Below are positions 1 to 10,932 of a stretch of DNA of 64,000 bases, in pieces. The stretch's first letter is position 1, and the number at the start of each line of letters is the position of its first letter. The stretch covers positions 21,020,001 to 21,084,000 of the forward strand of contig NC_086097.1 of assembly GCF_963921235.1 (NCBI RefSeq), in the 5' to 3' direction. Under the pieces are notes generated by a model that searched no databases, was not told the origin of the DNA, and was given only the letters and a program-made list of their open reading frames with translations. The position numbers and the translations under genes are program-made. This stretch comes from Mobula hypostoma. Taxonomy: Eukaryota.

Positions 1-665
1 GCATAATCTTGTGTCTGATTACACTTAATAAGCCCATGTTATTGAGAATCCCGACTCCACACACCAGGAGCACCAAAGCCCAGGTTAAAGGGCTCAAGAG
101 GTGCACCACTTCACAAACCAACCAGGCCCACCTACACTTCTAGCTCAGTTACCTCAGGGCCCAGGAATCAAGAGTGGAAGTTAATAAACCTCTTGTTAGG
201 CCGTCTCTTGGGATTGATAAGGGGTAAAAAAAAAATTGCAAACTATCAGACTAGTGGCTGGATGAAAAGCAAAGGCACAAAACAGAACAGAAGCAGGAAC
301 AAGTGGATTCATTAAAACCTGATGGTAAATACAATTGCTTTCTCAACAGTAAAGAACGTAACATACCAGACATCAATGGACTAGAGGACTACAAAATGTC
401 TATGGATGTTTTATTGACTTTCAAAGTCTTTTCCTCAAGACCAAGTTACAGGAAATAAACTGGGAAGGAAATTGAGGAGACAAAGGGCAACTGGGAAGCT
501 TCTCAAACTGGCAGGAAGCAGAACCAGTAATATTCTGCAAACTCATACTGAAGCCTGACCAATGCCAGGTATCAAGATAAAAAGCTACATATCCAAGTTT
601 GCTAATGACACCAAGATGTAAGCAATAGATTTGCCCCTCCCTTTTCTGAAGCAGGCCAACCCTCA

Positions 666-1047
666 CAACACACGAAATGCTGGAGGAACTCAACAGGCCA
701 GGTGACATTTATACAAGAGTGGATTTTCTTGGGCCGAGACCCTTCATCAGGACTGGGAAAAAAAGATGTCAGAATAAGAAGGTTGGGGGTAGGGTGGGGA
801 AGGGGTGAAGTAAGGAACTGGGAAGTTGATTGGTGAAAAGGATAAGGGCAGGAGAAAGGGGAATCTAATAGGAGAAGGTAGAAGGCCATGGAAGAAAGGA
901 GAAGAGGAGTATCAGAGTGGGGTGATGGCCAAGTAAGGAGATAAAGAGAGGGAAAAAGGAATGGGGAATAGTGAAGGGAGGCAATTACTGTAAGTTTGAG
1001 AAATCAATGTTGCTTAGATTTCCAGCACCTGCAGATTTTCGTGTTTT
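666..1047 (-). mobile_element. Penelope-like element 3' fragment with decayed hammerhead motif and short inverted tail
   Basis: Family head ACACACGAAATGCTGGAGGAACTC; CAGTCCTGATGAAGGGTCTCGGCCC on the minus strand at 731-755; imperfect TSD caggccaaccctca (652-665) / caggccgacccgca (1048-1061). Confidence 0.75.
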
Positions 1048-1797
1048 CAGGCCGACCCGCAACTCAGTGCTGAGCTGTTTGCTGAAGAGGCCACTGTGGT
1101 GCTACTGTGTAAGTAGTTCTTACATTTAGATGCTGACAATAAAATAAGATCATCCTTACTTGCACATATAAATGGGGAAGTGATGCCATTCCCATGTTTG
1201 TTCAGTTTTTTCATTCTGGCGATGCAGTTCAATAAGTCTTAACAAGTTACCGCATGAATTTTATCAATGATACTAAAGGTCTGGAGCACCTGTGTTGCAA
1301 GGGCTGCCAATCAAACAGCTTGGCTGCTGCAAGACTGTGAATATTCCTGACGCTGCACTGATCTAAACGAATGGAGACGACCACATTTACTGGAGTTTGT
1401 TCTCCACCTGTACTGCTAGAGACAGTACACCTGACCTGTACGTACCTTTTATGGGCATGTAGCAGCAATGCCCACCTGCCACTGGGGGATTAAACCAAGA
1501 TCATCCTCTTTAGAACTCAGTTCAGAAATATTACGAGCTAAAATTAATAGACACGAGATTCTGTAGATGCTGGAAACCTTGCGCAACACACACACACAAA
1601 GTGCTGAAGGAACTGAGAAAGTCAGACAGCATCCATGGAGAGGAATAAACAGTTGATGTATCCAGATCCACAAACTCAGGATCAATATATACGTAATGAT
1701 AGAGTACAGAAAACACCAATGAACTAACAGAAAGGAATGCAGTGAAAAAAGACACTCTGAATACTCCCATGGACATGCTTGTACCCCTTGTGTACAC

Positions 1798-2452
1798 AGG
1801 TGTGATGTGCAGAACTTGTTGCCAGCCAATACATTCAACCTGTCCTTGGACTCTGTGGAAGTCTCACAGAAAATTAGTGAAATACCAACTACAACAATGA
1901 ATTTGATAGATATTTTGGGAGAAACAGAATGTTAGTGTAGATAATTTTATGGAAATAATTCATTATAGGATAATATTACTAGTTTAAAAAAAATCTATTA
2001 GGGCAAAGTAGCACAAAATGATACTTCATTACTACAACGAATTACAAAATCAAATGACATTCAAAAACTGCTCACCAGATGTGTATACGGTTTTTCCAGA
2101 AACTATTTCAAAATATTCCACACCGCAGTAAAGATTTAGATCAAGTGGGCAGACACCATTTTTCCAGTGAGTCTTGACAAAACTTCAATTACATAGGCGG
2201 CTTATAAAATTACTCTAGATTAGTTCAACAGTCAGCCCATGTTTTCGATACAATTTTAGCAAGAGTTAACGTTATCCTTGGTGCAGTTACATTTAAATGG
2301 AATAGTTGCTAAAGAACTTCGAGATTAGAAAATTAAGTAATATCGCAGGAAATGGTCAACGTTCCCAAATGTCTTCACTTTGCTTTTCTACGTGAGACTT
2401 CCACAATGTCCAAGGACGTATTGGCCGGCAACAAGTTCCACACATCACACCT
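1798..2452. repeat. Imperfect ~80 bp inverted repeat pair (1798-1881 and 2374-2452) flanking an AT-rich core; possible MITE or inverted duplication in intron 1
   Basis: AGGTGTGATGTGCAGAACTTGTTGCCAGCCAATAC..GTCCTTGGACTCTGTGGAAGTCTCAC is the reverse complement of GTGAGACTTCCACAATGTCCAAGGACGTATTGGCCGGCAACAAGTTCCACACATCACACCT, apart from a few substitutions and an indel. Confidence 0.8.
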
Positions 2453-2516
2453 CACAAGCTTAACCATCCATAGCGCGTCCCTCAACACCTGGCCAGCCCC
2501 GGCGCCCCCGCCTTAC

Positions 2517-2651
2517 CTGCCCATTCTGAGCAAAGCCCAGCTTGACGAAACCGTTCTTCCAGGCGCTCGCTTTGCTCTCCGAGTGCGCTTTCTCCATGAA
2601 CCCGTTGACCGTGCTGTAAATGTCCCCGTTGGGCGCTAGCTTGCTCTCCAT
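2517..2651 (-). CDS. sptlc2: First coding exon of a host gene, most likely serine palmitoyltransferase long-chain base subunit SPTLC2 (SPTLC3 not excluded)
   Basis: ATG at 2651-2649, 45 codons MESKLAPNGDIYSTVNGFMEKAHSESKASAWKNGFVKLGFAQNGQ, then a strong phase-0 donor CAG|GTAAGG at 2517/2516. It lies just downstream of a CpG island. The NG-rich N-terminus, KNGFV motif and exon ending in GQ resemble vertebrate SPTLC2 exon 1 as I recall it. No further exon was recognised in the window. Confidence 0.55.
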
Positions 2652-2659
2652 ACTGCTCG

Positions 2660-3030
2660 CCTCCTCAGCTCTCCCCACCGGGTCCCCTGCTCGGCCACCC
2701 CTCGCCCAGCACCGTCTGCGGATCAGCTGGAACCCCTGCCCACTCGCCCTTCAGCCGCCGACTGAAGCGTGAGTCTGAGAGAGAGCGAGAAGAGACCCAG
2801 AACAGCTGGCGGGCTGAGGGGCGAACGAGAGGGGAGGGTAGACAAACACCGGAAGGTCGTCATGTCGCAACCCGCCGCCAATGGCAAGCCGCCGCGGCGT
2901 CCCACGTGCCTCTCCCGGTGACGTCGCGAAGGTGCGGCCCGGCATTCCGACGACTCCGCCCACTCGATGACGTCGTTGGCCGTGACCGCGAGTAACCTCA
3001 ACTCTAATATCTAATTCCGGAAGGATGCCT
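2660..3030 (-). promoter_or_regulatory. CpG-island promoter / 5' UTR of the minus-strand gene
   Basis: Sharp local rise in GC and CpG. ETS core CCGGAAG (~2849-2855 and ~3017-3023), CCAAT 2878-2882, E-box CACGTG 2903-2908, CRE-like TGACGTC 2919-2925 and 2968-2974, GC box CTCCGCCC 2954-2961. Confidence 0.75.
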
Positions 3031-3314
3031 ATTTCACCCACCTTTCGCTAGTTTTTGCTAAAAGATAAAAAATACCAAGTTTTCAGAGTGAGAGTCGTTG
3101 AACCACGTTTTCTTATTTTAGTTATACTCTCCATTGCATACAGGACATATTATTGTGGGAATTAAAACCTTTTAAATCCTTTACAACTTTTCTCTCTCAT
3201 TCCCTGCCTGTAGCTTTTGAATGTGACACTGTTTCTGTTAATTTTCTTACTAAAGTTATTGTCCGAGCTTCTGCCGTTTCTGACAATTCAATATTTCATA
3301 ATATTGAATGCCAT

Positions 3315-3585
3315 AGTACCATAGTGGTTAATGCTCACAGCGTCTAAGTTCGGAGTTCAATTCCAATGCAATTTGTGGGAGTTTCTGTACATCCTCCCTG
3401 TGGAACATGTGGGTTTCCTCCGGGTGCTCCAGTTTCCTCCCACAGTCCAAAGACATACTGGTTAGTAGGTTAATTGGTCATTGCAATTGTCCCGTGATTA
3501 GGGTAGGATTAAATTAGGGATTGCTAGGCTTTGCGGGTTGAAGGGCCAGAATGGCCCATTCTGGACTGTTTCTTAATAAATTAAT
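3315..3585 (+). mobile_element. HE1/V-SINE-like tRNA-derived SINE (related copies near 4255-4520 -, 11520-11705 -, 18825-19070 +, 35520-35805 -, 36800-37060 +, 42925-43195 -, 47275-47500 +)
   Basis: Degenerate A/B boxes followed by the V-SINE core GTGGGTTTCCTCCGGGTGCTCCAGTTTCCTCCCACAGTCCAAAGAC and a CR1-like 3' end; recurs through the window. Confidence 0.75.
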
Positions 3586-4657
3586 TAACAGGAAACCAAG
3601 TTTTCAAGTGGATCCGCAAAAAAAGTAGAGCTAATGAGAGCATTTTAAATGTTAAAGTATAATGTTATTGTAAAATATCTAAGAAATGGTGTTTAATCTC
3701 CTTTGCTTAAATATCTGCTGAATTTTGTTGTTCACTGACTCCCATTCTTTGACAAATTTTTCATAAACAGTAGCGTATTTTCATGTGTTTAAGGAACAAT
3801 GTGCTGTATCTCTAAATAAATAAATCAAATCAAATAAACTGTTTCCGTGCTGTCATTCTTATATGGTTAAATAAAATTGGCTATGTAACAGAAATAAGTG
3901 ATGCTGCAGATTGTAACATTGAAACAGCAGGCTGTTGTACTCCCTGTCATCTGTTGCAGGAGCAATATCTCTCCCTCACTAGTGAGACAGAGAGCCTGTC
4001 TGAGATGTTGAAGTGTTGAGACGGACTGTTATTTTTGATGGACTCTAGACCATGGTCTTTAGGGGGCTTTGCAGTTGCCTGCATGCTGGGTGGTGGGGAT
4101 TGACGCTTTTGCTGTGGCAAGTGGGGGGAGGGTTGATGCTTGTGTGTGCGAGGGGGAGCTCTACTGTTTTACTGAGTTTCATTCTTTTCTTCTGTTTTGT
4201 GGATGCCTGTGAGGAATATGTATTTCAGGTTGTAAACTATACGTTTGTTGTTTAGAGTCAACATGGAGTAGGCCCTTCTGGCCCTTCGAGCCACTCTGCC
4301 CAGCAATCCCCCAGTTTAATCCTAGCCTAATCACGGGACAATTTGCAACGACCAACTAACCGGCCAACAGCGTACGCCTTTTGGAACATGGGAGGAAACC
4401 GGAGCACCCGGAGGAATGCCGCACAGAATGTACAATCTCCTTACAGGCAGCGTCAGGAATTGAACCCATGTCGCTAGTACTGTAAAGCGTTGTGTTCGCC
4501 ACTATGCTACCATGCTACCCTATCTCTGGTATCAAATTGAACCACTGAAATGTAAGCAAAATATGCTGGAAAAACTTCACAGCTCAGGTAGATACTCATT
4601 AGTTGTCTGTGAGAAGACCTCTTCAGAATCACAATCGTGTTTATTATCACTAACATG

Positions 4658-5170
4658 CGCTCAGTAGCCATTTCATTTGGACACCATTAAAACCCAGTGT
4701 GGCCTTCTGCTGCTGGGGCTCATTCACTTCAAGATTGGACACGTTGTGCATTCAGAGATGTCCTTCTGCAACCACTGTCATAACACATGGTTATCTCAGT
4801 TACTGTAACCTTCCTGTCAACTTGAACCAGTATGGTCATTCTCCTCTGACCTCTCTCATTAACAAGACATTTTTACTCAGAAAACTGCCACTCACTGTTT
4901 CTGCACCATTCACGTAAACTCTAGAGACTGTTGCGCGTGAAATACCCAAAATCTGAGATACCCAAATCACCCTGTCTGGCACCAACAATTATTCTATGGT
5001 CAAAGTCGCTTGAATCATATTTCTTCCCCATTCTGGTGTTTGGTCTGAACAACAACTCAACCTCTTGACCACGTCTGCATGCTTTTATGCATTGAGTTGC
5101 TGCCACATGATTGGCTGATTCGATATTTACATTAATGAGCAGGTGTACCTACTGAAGTGTCCACTGAGAA
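4658..5170 (-). mobile_element. Internally deleted Tc1-type DNA transposon
   Basis: TIRs CGCTCAGTAGCCATTTCATTTGGACACC / GGTGTACCTACTGAAGTGTCCACTGAG, right end followed by TA. The internal frame MGKKYDSSDFDHRIIVGARQGDLGISD resembles the Tc1 transposase N-terminal HTH. Inserted into a LINE 3' tail. Confidence 0.75.
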
Positions 5171-5767
5171 TATGTCATGAAATTTGCTGCTTTACAGAAG
5201 CAGTACAGTGCAATAAATAAAATATATCATCAATTATAATAAGAAGAATATGTAAAGAATTCAATTAGCAGTGCAAAAAGCTAGTGAGGTAGAATTCATG
5301 GGTTCATCGTCCATACAGAAATGTGAAGGTGGAGTTGAAGAAGTTGTTCCTAAAATGTTGAGTGCGTGTCTTCAGGCTCCTGTACCTCCTCTCTGATGGC
5401 AGTAATGAGAAGAGGGCGTGTCCTGGGTAGTGGTCCTTTGGAGCATTGCCTGTTGAAGATGGCCTTGATACACAAACCAAAAGCCACGGATGAACCAGGG
5501 GATTCACAGACAGCTGAGGGCTGGATCTGTGGCATTCAAGACCAGTGATCCGGAACTATACAAGAAGTCCAAGTATAACCTAAGGAAGGTTATTTTAAGA
5601 GTGAAGAAACGATTCCTGTTGAAGTTAGAGACAGAACTGGATGCACGTCAGCTCTGGCAGAGTTTTCAGGACATTACTTCTTCTGAGGTGAAACCTATCG
5701 TCATGAATGGCTGTGGTGCTGCACTCCCAGCTGGACTCAATGACCCTTATGCATGCTTTGAAAGGGA

Positions 5768-6290
5768 TTGAATGCTCCCAATGGCATGAACCTGAAATAG
5801 CCTCTGACAACCAAGTGCAGTCCCTGGCCTTTGTTTTTGGCTCAGCTACAAAGCCCGGCAGAACCATTTCTCCTGACAGGAGAAGGGGCAAAGGCAGGAT
5901 ACTGGCACCTTGAAACCAGTCACTTTGGGTAGAAGGGGCTTATCAGCTGGTTGGCAGCTCATCTAGCAGAAGGAAAACTCTGATCGCAAACCTCCTCAGC
6001 CTTGCATGGGACTCATGGGCTTCAGATCCAATCCCCGAGGGGAAAATCCAGACCAGGTGTCCCTAAAACAGTCCCACGTTGAGTTCAACACTGACTGGTG
6101 ATTCCTGCAGTGTTGCTGGTGCCAAACTGTATCAGTCTTTGCCCTTACTTTGGGTTCATCAGATGAATGGAGAGCGGGAGTTTCCTGCATGGGCAACAGC
6201 TTGCTCTCCTTATTGTACTGCCCTAGCTTGCATATTTAGACAGCTAGAATGCATCATCCATGTTTGACTGTGACTGACGAAGGCTTCACG
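5768..6290 (+). mobile_element. ~520 bp non-coding, non-autonomous retroposon nested in the LINE (family uncertain, possibly Vingi- or RTE-derived)
   Basis: Interrupts the LINE precisely, flanked by direct repeat GAAAGGGA at 5760-5767 and 6291-6298; no convincing ORF. Confidence 0.6.
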
Positions 6291-7380
6291 GAAAGGGAGA
6301 ATAAAACTACACCTGTTCAAATCCTTGTATTACCTGGTGACCTTGTGACCTCTGTCTCAGAGGCCAACATCAGAACTTCATTCAAGAGGGTGAACCCTCA
6401 CAAGGCCTCAGGCCCTGTGATGGTGTACCTGGTGGGAGCTGAGAACCTGTGCCAACCAACAGGTGGGAGTGTTCGAGGACATCTTCAATCTCTCACTGCA
6501 GCATTTGGAGGTTCTTACCTGCTTCAGGATGGCAACAATCGTACCAGTGCCCAAGAAGAGCAGGGTGAGCTGCCTCAATGACTATCACCCAGTGGCACTC
6601 ACATCTACTGTGATGAAGAGCTTTGAGAGATTGGTCATGGTTAGAATTAACTCCTATCTAAGCAAGGGCCTGCACCCACTGCAATTTGCCTATCACCACA
6701 ACAGGTCGACAGTAGACGCAATCTCACTGGCTCTCCACTCAGCTTTGAAACACTTGAACAGTATAAATACCTATGTCAGGCTGCTGTTTATTGATTACAA
6801 CTCAGTGTTCAACATCATCATACCCTCAGTGTTAATCAACAAGCACCACAACCTGGGCCTCTGTACCTCCCTTGCATCTGGATCCCGAACTTCCTCACCG
6901 TGATGCCACAGTCAGTGCAGACTGGAAATACCATCTCCCCCTCATTGACAATCAACACTGGTGCAAGTCGATGATGCATCCCATTGCTCTACCCTCTCTC
7001 TAAACCCATGACTGTGTGGCTAGAGATGGCTTAAACACCATCTATAAATTTGCTGATGTCAAATTTGTTGGCAGTGAGATCGATCAGCTGGTTGAATGGT
7101 AGCACAACATCAACCTTATACTCCACATCAGTAAGACCAAGGATTTGATTATGGAGGTCAGGAAGGGGAGGTTGCGGGAACACGCATCAGTCCTCATCAA
7201 GTGATTAGCAATGGAACGGGAGAGCGGTTTCACACTCCTGGGTGTCAACATCTCTGAAGGTCTATCCTGGGCCCAACATATTGATGCTATTACGGAGAAG
7301 GCATGACAGTGGCTAAGTTTCATTAGGAGTTTGAAGAGTTTGAGTATGTCACCAAAGACACTCACAAATTTCTAACTGGT

Positions 7381-7966
7381 TGCACAGGACCTGGTATGGA
7401 GGGGCCACTGCACAGGACCTGGTATGGAGGGGCCACTGCACGGGACCTGGTATGGAGGGGCCACTGCACGGGACCTGGTATGGAGGGACCACTGCACAGG
7501 ACCTGGTGACCTGGTATGGAGGGGCCACTGCACGGGACCTGGTATGGAGGGGCCACTGCACAGGACCTGGTATGGAGGGGCCACTGCACGGGACCTGGTA
7601 TGGAGGGGCCACTGCACGGGACCTGGTATGGAGGGACCACTGCACAGGACCTGGTGACCTGGTATGGAGGGGCCACTGCACGGGACCTGGTATGGAGGGG
7701 CCACTGCACGGGACCTGGTATGGAGGGGCCACTGCACAGGACCTGGTATGGAGGGGCCACTGCATGGGATCTGGTATGGAGGGGCCACTGCACAGGCCCT
7801 GGTATGGAGGGGCCACTGCACGGGATCTGGTATGGAGGGACCGCTGTACGGGACCTGGTATGGAGGGGCCACTGCATGGGATCTGGTATGGAGGGGCCAC
7901 TGCATGGGATCTGGTATGGAGGGGCCACTGCATGGGATCTGGTATGGAGGGGCCACTGCACAGGAC
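7381..7966. repeat. 28-bp minisatellite, about 20 copies, unit TGCAC(A/G)GGACCTGGTATGGAGGGGCCAC
   Basis: Head-to-tail tandem copies; two identical variant blocks with an 8-bp GACCTGGT duplication lie 148 bp apart (7500 and 7648). Confidence 0.97.
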
Positions 7967-8330
7967 TGGAAAAAGCTGCAGGAAGTTGCAAACTCAGACA
8001 TCTCCAACGTGGGCACTGGCCACCGCAGCATCAAGGATGTCCTCGAGAGGTAATGCCTCAAAAAGGCGGCAGTCATCAAGGACGCCCATCACCCAGAACA
8101 TTCCCTCTTCTCATTGCTACCATCAAGAACGAGGTCTGAAGATACACATTCAGCATTCTAGGAACAGCTTCTTCTCTTCTGCCATCAGATTCAGGAATGA
8201 ACAATGAACACATATACGCTACCTCACTGTGATTTGCTCACTTTTTGCACGACTTATCTAATTTATTTGTGTATATATATATATATATATATATATAGTT
8301 CTCTCTCCGTCTATATATATATATATATAT

Positions 8331-10650
8331 ATGCCATACTAGATCTAGTACTAGGTAATGAACCGGGTCAGGTCACAGATCTCTCAGTGGGTGAGCATCT
8401 GGGGGACAGTGACCACCGCTCCCTGGCCTTTATTATTATCATGGAAAAGGATAGAATCAGAGAGGACAGGAAAATTTTTAATTGGGGAAAGGCAAATTAT
8501 GAGGCTATAAGGCTAGAACTTGCGGGTATGAATTGGGATGATGTTTTTGCAGGGAAATGTACTATGGACATGCGGTCGACGTTTAGAGATCTCTTGCGGG
8601 ATGTAAGGGATAAATTTGTCTCGGTGAGGAAGATAAAGAATGGTAGGGTGAAGGAACTATGGGTGATAAGTGAGGTGGAAAATCTAGTCAGGTGGAAGAA
8701 GGCAGCATACATGAGGTTTAGGAAGCAAGGATGAGATGGGTCTATTGAGGAATATAGGGAAGCAAGAAAGGAGCTTAAGAAGGGGCTGAGAAGAGCAAGA
8801 AGGAGGTATGAGAAGGCGTTGGCGAGTAGGGTAAAGGAAAACCCCAAGGCATTCTTCAATTATGTGAAGAACAAAAGGATGACAGGAGTGAAAGTAGGAC
8901 CGATTAGAGATAAAGGTGGGAAGATGTGCCTGGAGGCTGTGGAAGTGAGCGAGGTCCTCAATGAATACTTCTCTTGGGTATTCACCAATGAGAGGGAACT
9001 TGATGGTGAGGACAATATGAGTGAGGTTGATGTTCTGGAGCTTGTTGATATTAAGGGAGAAGAGGTGTTGGAGTTGTTAAAATACATTAGGATGGATAAG
9101 TCCCTGGGGCCTGACGGAATATACCCCAGGCTACTCCACGAGGCGAGGAAAGAGATTGCTGAGCCTCTGGCTAGGATCTTTATGTCCTCATTGTCCATGG
9201 GAATGGTACCGGAGGACTGGAGGGAGGCAAATGTCCCCTTGTTCAAAAAAGGTAGTAGGGATAGTCCGGGTAGTTATAGACCAGTGAGCCTTACGTCTGT
9301 GGTGGGAAAGCTGTTGGAAAAGATTCTTAGAGATAGGATCTCTGGGCACTTAGAGAATCATGGTCTGATCAGGGACAGTCAGCATGGATTTGTGAAAGGC
9401 AGATTGTGTCTAACAAGCCTGATAGAGTTCTTTGAGGAGGTGACCAGGCATATAGATGAGGGTAGTGCAGTGGATGTGATCTACATGGATTTTAGTAAGG
9501 CATTTGACAAGGTTCCACATGGTAGGCTTATTCAGAAAGTCAGAAAGCATGGGATCCAGGGAAGTTTGGCCAGGTGGATTCAGAATTGGCTTGCCTGCAG
9601 AAGGCAGAGGGTCATGGTGGAGGGAGTACATTCAGATTGGAGGGTTATGACTAGTGGTGTCCCACAAGGATCGGTTCTGGGACCTCTACTTTTCATGATT
9701 TTTATTAACGATCTGGATGTGGGGGTAGAAGGGTGGGTTGGCAAGTTTGCAGATGAGTCAAAGGTTGGTGGTGTTGTAGATAGTGCAGAGGATTGTCGAA
9801 GATTGCAGAAAGACTATGATGGGTTGCAAAAGTGGGCTGAAAAGTGGCAGATGGAGTTCAGCCCGGAGAAGTGTGAGGTGGTACATTTTGGAAGGACAAA
9901 CTCCAAGGCAGAGTACAAAGTAAATGACAGGATACTTGGTAGTGTGGAGGAGCAGAGGGATCTGGGGGTACATGTCTACAGATCCCTGAAAGTTGCTTCA
10001 CAGGTAGATAGGGTAGTTAAGGAAGCTTATGGGGTGTTAGCGTTCATAAATCGAGGGATAGAGTTTAAGAGTCGCGAGGTAATGATGCAGCTCTATAAAA
10101 CTCTGGTTAGGCCACACTTGGAGTATTGTGTCCAGTTCTGGTCACCTCACTATAGGAAGGTTGTGGAAGCATTGGAAATGGTACAGAGGAGATTTACCAG
10201 GATGCTGCCTGGTTTAGAGAGTATGGATTATGATCAGAGATTAAGGGAGCTAGGGCTTCACTCTTTGGAGAGAAGGATGATGAGAGGAGACATGATAGAG
10301 CTATACAAGATATTAGGAGGAATAGATAGAGTGGATAGCCAGCGCCTCTTCCCCAGGGCACCACTGCTCAATACAAGAGGACATGGCTTTAAGGTAAGGG
10401 GTAGGAAGTTCAAGGGGGATATTAGAGGAAGGTTTTTTACTCAGAGAGTGGTTGGTGCATGGAATGCACTGCCTGAGTCAGTGGCGGAGGCAGATACACT
10501 AGTGAAGTTTAAAAGACTACTAGGCAGGTATATGGAGGAATTTAAGGTGGGGGCTTATATGGGATGCAGGGTTTGAGGGTCAGCACAACAATATGGGCCG
10601 AAGGGCCTGTACCGTGCTGTACTATTCTATGTTCTACATGTTCTATGTTC
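8331..10650 (+). mobile_element. Young 5'-truncated CR1 LINE inserted in a (TA)n tract
   Basis: End of endonuclease (SDH motif), RT domain, CR1 C-terminus (TRGHGFK..WNALP) and (TTCTATG)n tail at ~10625-10650; (TA)n on both sides. Confidence 0.95.
8819..10576 (+). pseudogene. CR1 ORF2 reverse transcriptase remnant (585 aa open frame)
   Basis: [21 protein letters not shown] and [10 protein letters not shown] motifs. The catalytic FADD reads FADE, there is an in-frame stop upstream at ~8732, and the endonuclease is truncated. Confidence 0.9.
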
Positions 10651-10739
10651 TATATATATATATTTCTTATCGTAATTGATAGTTTTGTGTTGTGTATTGC
10701 AATGTACTGCTGCTACAAAACAACAAATATCATGGCATA

Positions 10740-10932
10740 GCAACACACACAAAACATTGGGGAAACTCAGCAGGCCATTCAACATCTGTGGAGAAGAATC
10801 TAGCTGACGCTTCGTCCTGAAACGTTGACTGTTTACTCTTCTCTATAGATGCTGCCTGGCCTGCTGAGTTCCTCCAGCATTTTGTGTGCGTTGCTTGGAT
10901 TTCGAGCATCTGTAGATTTCCTCTTGTTCATG
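10740..10932. mobile_element. Penelope-like inverted pseudo-LTR pair with 14-bp TSD
   Basis: Two family heads in opposite orientation joined at ~10812; AATATCATGGCATA at 10726-10739 and 10933-10946. Confidence 0.85.

Larger units (their letters stand above)
5455..8270 (+). mobile_element. Decayed Rex1/Babar-like LINE (RT region and C-terminus), interrupted by an insertion and a minisatellite; its 3' tail resumes at ~10660-10980
   Basis: ORF 6463-6903 with [40 protein letters not shown]-like motif near 7045; family C-terminus and tail; many stops and frameshifts. Confidence 0.8.

Noticed and set aside
2352..3041. Other ORFs across the CpG island (2352-2639 +, 2723-3001 -, 2751-3041 -)
   Set aside because: Expected by chance in GC-rich DNA; no recognisable homology, and some use non-ATG starts.
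5835..5865. GCTACAAAGCCCGG resembling twister loop L4
   Set aside because: No matching P2 strands or GAGGG segment at the right spacing; better explained as a simple hairpin.
7381..7966. 28-bp repeats of CRISPR-like length
   Set aside because: Units are head-to-tail with no unique spacers, there are no cas genes, and the context is eukaryotic.
7349..8207. Long overlapping ORFs on both strands (up to 275 aa) with repeated peptides
   Set aside because: They arise because the 28-bp minisatellite unit lacks stop codons; there is no splice, promoter or homology support.
8497..9973. Minus-strand ORFs opposite the CR1 copies (also 23126-25000 and, on the plus strand, 56088-57203)
   Set aside because: Antisense shadows of LINE ORF2 with no independent coding signal.
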